Source: Lachnospiraceae bacterium
Lineage (GTDB): Bacteria > Bacillota > Clostridia > Lachnospirales > Lachnospiraceae
Assembly: GCA_024693545.1 (NCBI GenBank)
Contig: JAILKT010000060.1
Span: forward strand, 32,723 to 96,722
Direction: 5' to 3'
Length of the DNA: 64,000 nucleotides
Shown: one piece after another, positions 51,689 to 60,845 of the stretch
Numbering within the stretch: the first letter of the stretch is position 1
How the letters are laid out: every line of letters begins with the position of its first letter
The notes under the pieces: generated by a model
What the model was told of the DNA's origin: nothing
Seen by the model: the letters and a program-made list of their open reading frames with translations, nothing else
Database searches by the model: none
Program-made: the position numbers and the translations under genes

Positions 51689-53817
51689 TGCGTGTCACCT
51701 CCCTCCTCAACAGTCTTAACCGTCATAGTATCAGGATCGGGCCTGCCGCTTATCACTTCGTTGCCGTCCTTATCGAGAACAACAACCGAAAGGTTGCCGA
51801 TCGATCCCTGTAAAAGGGACAGATACGTCATTTCTTTATCGTTTTCCGTTTCACTTCCGCCCAGGATCGAACCTTCCGAGGTCACAAGTTTATAGCTTGC
51901 GGCCCCTTCTACCGATTCATCGGCCGTAAACTTAAACTCTACCGTTCCGCTCGTTTCGTTTTCCTTTAACGTATATGTTCCGATAGTTTTTACCGTATCC
52001 TCTTTCTTCTTCACCACATATCCGGTGATAATGTCCACAGGTCCGCTGTAAAGTGAAGGATTTATGGTTTGATCGCATATCATCACGTCACTGTCGTCAA
52101 AGAATCTCAGGAATACAGATTCACTGCCGTCAAGAATCAGACCGAGATGAACTATCGTATCATCGATTTCGGCCGAACCTATCTTTGTATTATCAACCCA
52201 TAATTCAAATCTTGAGATACTGACCTCAAAATCCTCGGGAATATGAAGGCCCAGTTCAAATACGTTTGCCTCCGGTCGTACCATTATATAATACGTAACA
52301 CCGGAAACGGTTTCAGCGACCAGATAACTGTCTCCGCCCACTGTATCGACCGCATTTATGCCGTCTCCCATGAGCAGCGCCGTGATCGCACCGCATGTGG
52401 TTCTGTCAAGTGACACAAGCGCCTGTGTATAAGCATCAAGATCATTCGAAACGTTAAGCTGCGTGCTGTCAAAATCCTCCTGCAGCGCCGTGTACTCTTC
52501 AAATGTAAGTTCTCCCATCTGATTCCTGATAAGCGCCTGTTCGAGCTCGCGTCCCTTTTTCTCTATCTCTTTACTTCCGCTGCGATATGTCTTTTCAAGG
52601 GCCTTTACATTTTCAAATGCATCCTTGACCTGTGATCTTATGTCTTCCTCTACACCCTCCTGGTCAAGCCTTGCTCCCTGATAATCAAGTATCGCATTGT
52701 AGAGCGCATACGGCTCATCTTCAATATACCTTGAACCGGCCGTCGCTCCCTTAAACCAAAGTTTCGGTATCTTTATGAAAAGGATCTTGATCTTTCCTTC
52801 CCATTTTTCATCGATTTTTTTGATCAGCTTGTCAAATGCGAGCTTAAGCGCAAGTCCGTCGACCTCTTCACCGTTTCTGGCCGTACTTACAAACGACTCT
52901 ACAAGCGACATATGATCACCGTACTTTGTTTTCATCTGATTGTAATATTGATCGAGGGTAAGCCTCGCCAGCGATGTGTTTGATCTTGACTCAAACATAC
53001 TCTGCGAGTTTGCAAGCGTGTACTCAGTTATATCCGATAGGTTTGCTCTTTCAATGATCGCATTCATATACGGATTAACAAAAACGAATCCCGACCTGAC
53101 ATCCACACCGATCATCTTCTTAAGCTTTTCCTTAGTATTCATAAAAGTTGTCTCATCGGTGCTTATGCTATCTTCCAGCTTACTTATCGAATTCTTTATC
53201 GCATCGACATCGGTCTGACTTGCGAGTCCGAGTAACAGTCTGCCTTCGTTTTTTGTAAGTGTCTTTTTCTTTGTCTCGAGCAGATTTTTGTTAAATGATA
53301 TTTTTTCCTGTAATGTATATACCTTCACATAAAGATTGGTCGCGCTTTCGTATATGGAATATATGTCATCGTTCAGTTTGTGCTGCAGATTCGTAATCTC
53401 GGCCTGGATGGAGATCGGTTTGAAGTTAAAATCAAACTCCTCGGTAAATCCCGGATCCGTGGGGAAATTAAAGCTCAAAAGGGGTGTCCACGAAAATGTG
53501 GAGAGTTTCTTCTTTTTCGCAGCAATCCTCGCGATCGCATCTGAATAATTTGCCATTTTTGTGATAATTTTAACCTTGGTTGTCTTATATTGAGCCGACT
53601 TCGAAAGTGCAAGTTTTTTTACTTCGCTCAGATAAATGGTTTTGGGCTTTTTGTTCAGCCCTCCCACTATGTTTTTTATGTTGCTCAATATATCGCCCGA
53701 TGAACTGAAACCGTTTGCAGCGCCTAAAGCCGTGGAAGGACTTCCGATCAGATCGACGAAACATACAACGGCGATCAGACATACGCTGACCACAATCCGC
53801 AAAAATCTATGCTTCAT
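51685..53817 (-). CDS. secreted TolC/outer-membrane-efflux-protein-like two-repeat helical protein with an extra beta-rich C-terminal domain of about 250 aa
   Basis: Signal peptide MKHRFLRIVVSVCLIAVVCFVDLIGSPSTALGA. There are two OEP-like repeat starts (YLSEVKKLALSKSAQYKTTKVKI; LSDITEYTLANSQSMFESRSN). The start is moved to the ATG at 53817 after GGAAGGAGGA. Confidence 0.5.
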   Translation of the reverse strand: MKHRFLRIVVSVCLIAVVCFVDLIGSPSTALGAANGFSSSGDILSNIKNIVGGLNKKPKTIYLSEVKKLALSKSAQYKTTKVKIITKMANYSDAIARIAAKKKKLSTFSWTPLLSFNFPTDPGFTEEFDFNFKPISIQAEITNLQHKLNDDIYSIYESATNLYVKVYTLQEKISFNKNLLETKKKTLTKNEGRLLLGLASQTDVDAIKNSISKLEDSISTDETTFMNTKEKLKKMIGVDVRSGFVFVNPYMNAIIERANLSDITEYTLANSQSMFESRSNTSLARLTLDQYYNQMKTKYGDHMSLVESFVSTARNGEEVDGLALKLAFDKLIKKIDEKWEGKIKILFIKIPKLWFKGATAGSRYIEDEPYALYNAILDYQGARLDQEGVEEDIRSQVKDAFENVKALEKTYRSGSKEIEKKGRELEQALIRNQMGELTFEEYTALQEDFDSTQLNVSNDLDAYTQALVSLDRTTCGAITALLMGDGINAVDTVGGDSYLVAETVSGVTYYIMVRPEANVFELGLHIPEDFEVSISRFELWVDNTKIGSAEIDDTIVHLGLILDGSESVFLRFFDDSDVMICDQTINPSLYSGPVDIITGYVVKKKEDTVKTIGTYTLKENETSGTVEFKFTADESVEGAASYKLVTSEGSILGGSETENDKEMTYLSLLQGSIGNLSVVVLDKDGNEVISGRPDPDTMTVKTVEEGGDTQ

Positions 53818-53978
53818 GTCATCCTCCTTCCTTCGTCTGCCTGCAGGCGAGCCAAACTGTTTTCTTAACAATTATACGAGCATCGTCCCGGCAATCCTCG
53901 CAAAACGTCAAAAATACGGCCGTTAAATTCGTTAGCGGCATTTCGGCGCGTTTGCACGGGTCAAAGCACCTTTCGGCG

Positions 53979-55193
53979 TCATTCCTTTGTTATCTGATAC
54001 ATTTCAAATCCACCCAGTTTTTCCTTACAGAAGAACGAGTACATAAGTCCCTCATAGCGATAGGTGTACATGTATAAGGTGTAATCCCTGTCATATGTCT
54101 CTACGTCGTAGGCATCATCAAAGAGCTGCGAGGTTGTCATTTCAACTCTTCCGTTATAGGCGTTGCCTTTATCATTAAGTTCATTGACGCCCACAGCCTC
54201 TGCAAGCATTAATCTCGTGTTACCTTCGTAATACGGCTCACCGAGTGCGCTTGTCAGTCCGTTTATCGTTGTTATCTCCATTCCGTCCGCATAGAACTTG
54301 TTTTCAAAAACAAAGACGCTTCTGATGTTGATCGAATCATCAACTGTATCACTGCTTAGGTTGCCCTCATACATCGCATTTATATCGGGCATCGTTACGA
54401 TAAAATCATTCGCTCCCCGGAAAATGCGGGTTCTTCCCGTGTAAAGTTCCCTCGCTTCCTGTGTCGATCTGCCGAGGAAATCCGAATAGACTATTCTGTC
54501 TCTCGAAAACAGGCCGCTGTAGATCTGTTTTCCTGACGGATCAAAGAGTACTCCTTCTCCTTCCTTAAGGCCGCGTGCAAATCCCCCGACATATTCACGG
54601 CTGCCGCTCGCCCTCATCAGTGAACCTGCTCCTTCATAAATATTGTCCATAAAAGAGCCTTCATATTTCATCTGACCGTTCTTATAATACGACTTACCCT
54701 CGCCGTTATATTTGTTATTTGAAAACTCTCCGGAATAAACAAGGTTACCTTCTTTATCGTAAAGAAGTCCTTCACCCTTGCATACTCCCTCTTCGACAGT
54801 TCCGACATATGCCACATAACCTGAATCTGCCTTGATCTTTACTTTATCGGATACAAATCTGAGTGCGAGCGAATCATAGCTGTATATCGGAAGTCCGTCG
54901 GCTTCGTCCGAAGCCTGAAAAACCGGATTTACGACAAGCAGATAAAATACACTTAAAACCCCCAGTACGATCAACACCGCATATACAAGCTTCCTGCTGA
55001 CAAGCCAGGCCAGGAAACCGTAATAGTCTTTACTGTGTCTGGGCTTAACAGAGAGTGTCTCGGTAAAGAATCCGCGAATCGCAGTAATCAGCTTTGAAAG
55101 GATATACTGCTTCGTCGTCCATCTCTTTACAGCGGTCCAGATCTTGACGAATTTAGCTTTTATAGTACTGAGCAAAGTTGACAGCAGTTGCAT
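53979..55193 (-). CDS. membrane-anchored MORN-repeat protein
   Basis: TM helix LVYAVLIVLGVLSVFYLLVV followed by about 5 MORN-type repeats (Y.G....G...G.G). Confidence 0.75.
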   Translation of the reverse strand: MQLLSTLLSTIKAKFVKIWTAVKRWTTKQYILSKLITAIRGFFTETLSVKPRHSKDYYGFLAWLVSRKLVYAVLIVLGVLSVFYLLVVNPVFQASDEADGLPIYSYDSLALRFVSDKVKIKADSGYVAYVGTVEEGVCKGEGLLYDKEGNLVYSGEFSNNKYNGEGKSYYKNGQMKYEGSFMDNIYEGAGSLMRASGSREYVGGFARGLKEGEGVLFDPSGKQIYSGLFSRDRIVYSDFLGRSTQEARELYTGRTRIFRGANDFIVTMPDINAMYEGNLSSDTVDDSINIRSVFVFENKFYADGMEITTINGLTSALGEPYYEGNTRLMLAEAVGVNELNDKGNAYNGRVEMTTSQLFDDAYDVETYDRDYTLYMYTYRYEGLMYSFFCKEKLGGFEMYQITKE

Positions 55194-55213
55194 TATCCCC
55201 TATTTTCCTCCTC

Positions 55214-57583
55214 TTATTCCGAAAGAAGACCGTATCCAAACTTTTCAACGGTTCCAACGTCAAGCATTTTTTCACACTTGAACAGATACCACCTTGCAAC
55301 GAGATCTTCGGGACATTCCTTAACCGCCTCGGCAAAAAGGTTTCTCGCAAGATAAAAATCTTTAGCGTAATAAAGATCAAGCGCTTTTTTGAAAATCATT
55401 ACAGTTTCCGTTTTTCTGTTTCTTTCTTCTACAGGTACTGCATCGAGGATTTCATACAGACGAACGGTTCCCGAATTATCGGGGAGTTCGAGATATCCCA
55501 AATATCTGCTTGTATAGCTTCCTTCGTCCGCATTCAGCGCTTCTTCCGATGCAACGACACGAAGGCCGAGTTCTGAAAGTTTCGGAACAAAAACCGATAT
55601 AAGATCGAGCTGAAGAGAATTAATACATGCGTAATTCTGATCTTCCGAACCTGTGATACCGTATTCATATTCAGTCTTATGAAGGAATATCAGCGATCTT
55701 CTTCCCTGTGAAAGTTCCGATTTTCGTATTGCTTCACTCGTTTTGACAGCAAAAGAGAGCGTACCGTTCGCCCCGTCGGCAAATATCACCCTTGATGAGC
55801 ACATTGTCGAGCTGTCACTGACAAGAATTCCCTCATGCTCATTTTTATACTTGCAGATGATCTCTATGTAACGGCTCATTATGTCCGTATATTCATTTTT
55901 GTTTCTTATGAAAGGTCTGGCTATTCTGATCAGCGCAACAGTTCCGTTGACGGATCCCTTGTCGCCGAGCCTGACATCCGTAAGCGAATCCTTACCGAAA
56001 AGCTTTTCTATATTATGCGGTGCAAATCTTCCCACCATGGCAAGGGTCTGATTTCTGAGATAGTTTTTCTTGCCCATTCCCTTTGAAAGCTCCGCTGCCG
56101 CATTCCACATACCGTCAAAATCCATGGACGCAATCTTCGGCTTAACCACCTCTGTCTGCTCTCCGCTTATAACACGTCTGAGTGTTTTTGTGATTATTTT
56201 GAGCTCGAAGGCACGTCCGAAATTGATAAAAATGATCAAGGCAAGGGCTATGCCCCACACTATGACCATATGAAGAATGAACATAGATATATCAAAGACA
56301 CTGTCAGACATTATGTCCTCATAGCGTACCAATGCCGAAATAAACACCCTTGAACCCGCCTCGTCCGTAACAGGTGCTGTTACCATAAGATACTTCTTTC
56401 CCTTGATGACGGTTTCGCCCCACACCGGTCCGTTTGATGAATGAGCTCCCAATATACATTTATCGGCAGCATCGCCCCATTTATCTGAAAGCCACTCTCC
56501 GTAAGGGAAGTTCATTGAGACGTTCACATACGCACGGCTGTTGTTTATCGACAAAATGCAGATATCTTCTATACTTTCGGTAGTTTCCCACCAGCACTCT
56601 CTGACCGTCTTATAGGCGTTGTCATAACGTTCTGTTCCTATAGAGCCGTCATAATCGTTAAAACTCTGTCCATAAATATCGAGCACATTTTCAGTCTGTT
56701 TTACTCTTTCTTCAACTCTCGATTCGTTAACGGGTTCCGTCACCAGATAGATCGACGCGGCAAGACATGCCGTTAATGCGATCATAAAACCATATACTTT
56801 AAGCCACAGGTAGTTTCTTTTGAATACAACACTTCGGAAAAAGAATGCGATAATAAAGATGACTGCCACCATAATAAGAACATTACGGGCAACTGTAGGG
56901 AATCCCATTGTAACGCCTACCAATCCGGCGTTCTCGGGGACTTCGGTTTTTTCAACGATCGAATTCTCATATCCGGGGGTTCTTGAGCCGTCCGACATCA
57001 GAGTTTCGAGCTTACCGTTTATGAAGTTGGCATCAAGGAACCTTACTTCACCCTCTGCATCTTCTCTGAGCAGATTTACAGGTTCATTGTCCCGGCCTGA
57101 CATCATATAAACAGCGGCAGTCGTTCCCTGATCCTCAACGGTGACAATAGCGAGATCTCCGTTATTCACTCCAAAATCCGTAACAACAGCATCTCCCTTA
57201 AAGGATATCGTATTTTCGGTACGTTCGGTCAGTTCCTCATTCCATGCGCATATTCTTACACCCAACGGTATTCTGACCGCCATATAGACTTTATTGGAAA
57301 CACAGGCCAGACCGACAACTCTTCCTCCGTTCAGCATACTGCCGTTGCTGTCGGTTGCCGACGCGATCAGTTTTTTAGCATCATTCAGCTTGTAGATACC
57401 CGAATTTGACCGCGATTCAAAATATACATAGTTGTTTCCCGAACTGTCGGTTGTCCCATACATGACGTTTTCTTCCGCCGGAGCATAAACGCGGCACTGA
57501 TCAAAGGTAACAACGATAGTCGTTACCAAAGTCACCGCTATTAATACTATCATACAGATAACGCCAAAAATCCTGGATTTCAA
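55214..57583 (-). CDS. four-TM sensor protein with two extracytoplasmic domains and a degenerate class III nucleotidyl-cyclase homology domain plus a TPR-like tail
   Basis: TTG start after AGGAGGAGG. The CHD-like segment is GTVALIRIARPF...GILVSDSS...FLHKTEYEYGITGSEDQNYACINSLQLDLISVF...LRVVASEEA...YLGYLELPDNSGTVRLYEIL. The first metal-binding Asp position reads Arg. Confidence 0.55.
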   Translation of the reverse strand: MKSRIFGVICMIVLIAVTLVTTIVVTFDQCRVYAPAEENVMYGTTDSSGNNYVYFESRSNSGIYKLNDAKKLIASATDSNGSMLNGGRVVGLACVSNKVYMAVRIPLGVRICAWNEELTERTENTISFKGDAVVTDFGVNNGDLAIVTVEDQGTTAAVYMMSGRDNEPVNLLREDAEGEVRFLDANFINGKLETLMSDGSRTPGYENSIVEKTEVPENAGLVGVTMGFPTVARNVLIMVAVIFIIAFFFRSVVFKRNYLWLKVYGFMIALTACLAASIYLVTEPVNESRVEERVKQTENVLDIYGQSFNDYDGSIGTERYDNAYKTVRECWWETTESIEDICILSINNSRAYVNVSMNFPYGEWLSDKWGDAADKCILGAHSSNGPVWGETVIKGKKYLMVTAPVTDEAGSRVFISALVRYEDIMSDSVFDISMFILHMVIVWGIALALIIFINFGRAFELKIITKTLRRVISGEQTEVVKPKIASMDFDGMWNAAAELSKGMGKKNYLRNQTLAMVGRFAPHNIEKLFGKDSLTDVRLGDKGSVNGTVALIRIARPFIRNKNEYTDIMSRYIEIICKYKNEHEGILVSDSSTMCSSRVIFADGANGTLSFAVKTSEAIRKSELSQGRRSLIFLHKTEYEYGITGSEDQNYACINSLQLDLISVFVPKLSELGLRVVASEEALNADEGSYTSRYLGYLELPDNSGTVRLYEILDAVPVEERNRKTETVMIFKKALDLYYAKDFYLARNLFAEAVKECPEDLVARWYLFKCEKMLDVGTVEKFGYGLLSE

Positions 57584-57653
57584 TGGAAGTCCTCCTCCTT
57601 AGAAACGATCTTGTTTCCGATTTCTCACCTTATTCTCTGCCGAACGGGATTCT

Positions 57654-58487
57654 TTATTGGAGCATCGATTCCGTTCCGATCTCTTTGAACGGATTTCTGA
57701 ACAGCCTGAAGAATGAGATATCCCCAACTATCAATTGAGTCAGTAACATCAGAAGGACTATCACGGCAAGCACGCCGCAAAGAATTAACAATATTTTAAA
57801 GAACCTCCCTATATTACGTGACAAAAAAGCCTTTGCCCTTTTAAGTATCCCCGGCTTTGCTTCCGCTTCCGTTGTTATCTTTACATCATGATAAATTTCA
57901 GAAAAATGCCTGTATACTTTTTTAGGTACCTTTCTCTTCATGAGTTCATAGCTCATGGCCTTCGATTGAGCTTTGGGCTCAATAATGTCATAAACTATCT
58001 GCGCGCATTTGTTAGCGCAATCACGTTCCCCTATTGTTGTATCATACGCAGAAAAATCAAGTCCGTAACCAAAGTTTATCGAGCAATCCTTTCCGAGATC
58101 TATCTGATCCTGATCGAGGATCAGATAAAGCAACGGGTACGGTATGTCAGCCCTCATGCATTCCATTATAAGGTTTACACAAATTTTTTCGCACTCTTCG
58201 CTGGAAAAACGTGTTCCGATGTAAAACTGTGACAACCTTCTCTCCGAATTATACGGAAAAAGTATCAAAAAGCCGTCCGGATGCGGTGCCGTTGCAAGAA
58301 ATTTCTTTCCCTCTTTTTCATAGCTTTCTATAATTTCCTTTGCAATGCCGTGATCCTTTATCGTCACCAGTGTGTAATAGGTATCCGATGAAGCATTGAT
58401 ATCCTGACAAATACCGACGTTGTCCGCATCACACCTGAACACCTCTCTTATGCAGTTAAGTGACATGTTTCCAATTTGATAGATCAT
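57654..58487 (-). CDS. hypothetical C-terminally anchored protein
   Basis: 277 aa with a single TM helix near the C-terminus (FFKILLILCGVLAVIVLLMLLTQLIV). RBS AAGGGGAG. Confidence 0.45.
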   Translation of the reverse strand: MIYQIGNMSLNCIREVFRCDADNVGICQDINASSDTYYTLVTIKDHGIAKEIIESYEKEGKKFLATAPHPDGFLILFPYNSERRLSQFYIGTRFSSEECEKICVNLIMECMRADIPYPLLYLILDQDQIDLGKDCSINFGYGLDFSAYDTTIGERDCANKCAQIVYDIIEPKAQSKAMSYELMKRKVPKKVYRHFSEIYHDVKITTEAEAKPGILKRAKAFLSRNIGRFFKILLILCGVLAVIVLLMLLTQLIVGDISFFRLFRNPFKEIGTESMLQ

Positions 58488-58521
58488 GTACTCTCCCCTT
58501 TAGAAACTACTAAATCAAGTA

Positions 58522-60321
58522 TCAGGTGTTTTCAAGGCCCTTTTTCTTAACGATAGCATACGCATATGTGCATATGGAAGGATTCTCAACACAGAATATC
58601 CTGATTTCAAATACGCCTTCCTTTGCAGGTGCCGTATATACACCCTCAGCAGTAATCTCACCGCTTCCTTCTTCGGTAAGCTCATATGCCACACTGCATT
58701 TTTCCATATTGTTAAAGTTAACGTTAAAGAAATAACTGTCTTTGGTTCCGAGGATAACGGTAGGAGTTTCAACTGTAATGCTCTTATTTGAAGCAGATTC
58801 CAGAAGTCCGAGATCATTTCCCGAGGGAAATCTTATCGCAACCCACCTGTATGTAAGTGTAAGATACTCGGGCTCACGGCCGATCTTTGCAGCTACTATA
58901 AAGCTGCCCTTGTCATTAAGGACTTTAACCGCAGTTTCAACATCGGGAATGTTCTCGGAACCGAAATTGAACAACTCGGCGTTGCCGTAAACAGTGCTCT
59001 TTGCACTCATTCCGAGTGAGCTGTCCTCAGCGAACTGCTCGTATCCTATTTCAATATATACGTTACCTTTACCGAGACCATGCATTATCTCGCCCGAGTA
59101 GCGAATATCTCCCTTTTTAACCTTATCTCCGAGCGGTATCTCAAGAGTACCCGTAGCCACCTGAATGTGTCCGGATGAAGAATTCCCGATATTTTCAGCA
59201 TGTATTTTTCTTTCAACGTTGTTTTCTCTTTTTTCGATGCGAGGTGCATCTGCAAAGAATGCCGAAAGCTTGGTTCTCTCAAAATGCTGCGACGGCGATG
59301 CAATGTATTTTTTTACAGCACTGTCGTTAATCTTATCGATGATATATGCGCTTTCGGTACGAACAAGTTCGATACATGCAAGAACCAGATAATCGGAAGA
59401 ATTAAGACCTGTACGAAGCTCAAGACTCGGCTTCGATATTTCACGCGTAATAAGAGATTCAATGTCTGTATCGACGATGCTGACCTTTATGGGCGATACA
59501 TCGGGGACAGACAATTCATGGCCGTCTGTCTTGAGAAGAGTAGAGCCGGCCTTGATCACAAGCTCGGCACTCTCAACCGGAACGTCCTGAGCCGTGATCC
59601 AATATTCTTTTTCAACAAAGCCATCTTCTTTGAGGTTGACATCTTCAATCCCGATCACGAGTTCCCTCGACTGATTATCCGTTGTAAATACGGGTATCTG
59701 AAGAACGCTTTCATACGAAAGAATGACAGGCTTTGCCGAAATTTTATCAACCCTGACAACAACCTTTACCGACTTTCCTTTAGGTATCTGAGAAGGAACC
59801 ACAAGTGTGATCCTATGATCATCATCACTGTAAAGGGTCTGTTTTGTGAGCAATTCATTCTCAAGACTGACCCTCGAAGGCACATTTGCCGCATCAATGA
59901 GGAACAGATCGTAACTTTCATTGATCCTGTTGTATTCATATTCGGAACTCTTGTTATCCTGATATCCGACCGAATAAACCGTATGAACGTTGTCTTCTCT
60001 GTATTTAAGGCAAAGAAATGCCTTGTCTCCGGAAACAGAGTCAAACCCGTCGATTGCCGAAAGCTTTTTCACTACCGAAGATGCAATAACGATCTCCCTG
60101 CCGTAATCGTCAATAGCCATGCCGCTTTCTATGAGCAATGACAAGTCGTCAAGGCTCAGAACGTTGCATCCGCAAACGATCCCGGATCCAAACATCATGT
60201 TATTGACAAACCTTCGTTTGTTGTTTACATAATTCTGCTCAGCCTGAAAATCAGCCGAAGTGAGCATCTTACCGGCATAGTAACGATTTCTCTCAAAAGG
60301 AAGCAATTGATTGTTTTTCAC
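58522..60321 (-). CDS. hypothetical 599-aa protein, first gene of the CIS-associated operon, with an Ig-like C-terminal domain
   Basis: GTG start after AGGAGAGGTG. The N-terminus is LPFERNRYYAGKMLTSADFQAEQNYVNNKRRF. The C-terminal roughly 80 aa look like a Big_2-type beta-sandwich (GEITAEGVYTAPAKEGVFEIRIFC). Confidence 0.55.
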   Translation of the reverse strand: MKNNQLLPFERNRYYAGKMLTSADFQAEQNYVNNKRRFVNNMMFGSGIVCGCNVLSLDDLSLLIESGMAIDDYGREIVIASSVVKKLSAIDGFDSVSGDKAFLCLKYREDNVHTVYSVGYQDNKSSEYEYNRINESYDLFLIDAANVPSRVSLENELLTKQTLYSDDDHRITLVVPSQIPKGKSVKVVVRVDKISAKPVILSYESVLQIPVFTTDNQSRELVIGIEDVNLKEDGFVEKEYWITAQDVPVESAELVIKAGSTLLKTDGHELSVPDVSPIKVSIVDTDIESLITREISKPSLELRTGLNSSDYLVLACIELVRTESAYIIDKINDSAVKKYIASPSQHFERTKLSAFFADAPRIEKRENNVERKIHAENIGNSSSGHIQVATGTLEIPLGDKVKKGDIRYSGEIMHGLGKGNVYIEIGYEQFAEDSSLGMSAKSTVYGNAELFNFGSENIPDVETAVKVLNDKGSFIVAAKIGREPEYLTLTYRWVAIRFPSGNDLGLLESASNKSITVETPTVILGTKDSYFFNVNFNNMEKCSVAYELTEEGSGEITAEGVYTAPAKEGVFEIRIFCVENPSICTYAYAIVKKKGLENT

Positions 60322-60418
60322 TTCACACCTCTCCTATTATCTGCATTTTGTCGATCATCTAATCGATTAATCCCCGACGTAGGTAACATACGTAACAAAT
60401 AAAAAATACCCACTGTTA

Positions 60419-60447
60419 ACATTAACATATTCGAGTTATTTCTGCAA
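60419..60447 (-). promoter_or_regulatory. promoter candidate for the CIS-associated operon
   Basis: Minus strand reads TTGCAG (60447-60442), a 17-nt spacer, then TGT-TAATGT (60424-60419). Confidence 0.3.
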
Positions 60448-60465
60448 AGAAATTAGTAAAAAGAT

Positions 60466-60516
60466 TGAAAAAAACAAAATCCCCCCAATATCGATCCGAA
60501 TCGAATTATCGGGGGG
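60466..60516 (-). terminator. rho-independent terminator ending the glgB-ferredoxin unit
   Basis: On the minus strand the stem CCCCCCGATA/TATTGGGGGG is followed by ATTTTGTTTTTTT. Confidence 0.8.
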
Positions 60517-60532
60517 ATAAATATCACTCTTT

Positions 60533-60739
60533 TTACATACTCTGTGCTTTCAACACTTCCCTGTTTTCACACACTCTGACACATTCCCCGCATCCGCTGC
60601 AATCATGTGCCACACAGGGTATGGGATGTCCCAGCTCAAAACTGTAGACCATCGAAATATTATTTGATGTGCAAGCTCTCAAGCACTCACAACACCCGTC
60701 ACATATTCCCTCATTAACAATTATTCCAACATTCTTCAT
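60533..60739 (-). CDS. small 4Fe-4S dicluster ferredoxin-like protein
   Basis: CDGCCECLRAC and CSGCGECVRVC cluster motifs. The start is moved to the ATG at 60739 after GAGGGG. Confidence 0.75.
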   Translation of the reverse strand: MKNVGIIVNEGICDGCCECLRACTSNNISMVYSFELGHPIPCVAHDCSGCGECVRVCENREVLKAQSM

Positions 60740-60845
60740 TACGCGCCCCTCACTAAAGATACCCCGGACCGCATTTGCGATCCTCACGTGTTACCTGTCC
60801 GAACATAACAGAACAATTATCCGATTGATATGTATTGTTTTTTAT

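Noticed and set aside
51685-53817. Using the TolC-like protein as proof that the host is diderm
   Set aside because: TolC-family annotations also occur in Gram-positive-type Clostridia. No BamA, LPS or other outer-membrane markers are in this window, so envelope type cannot be decided here.
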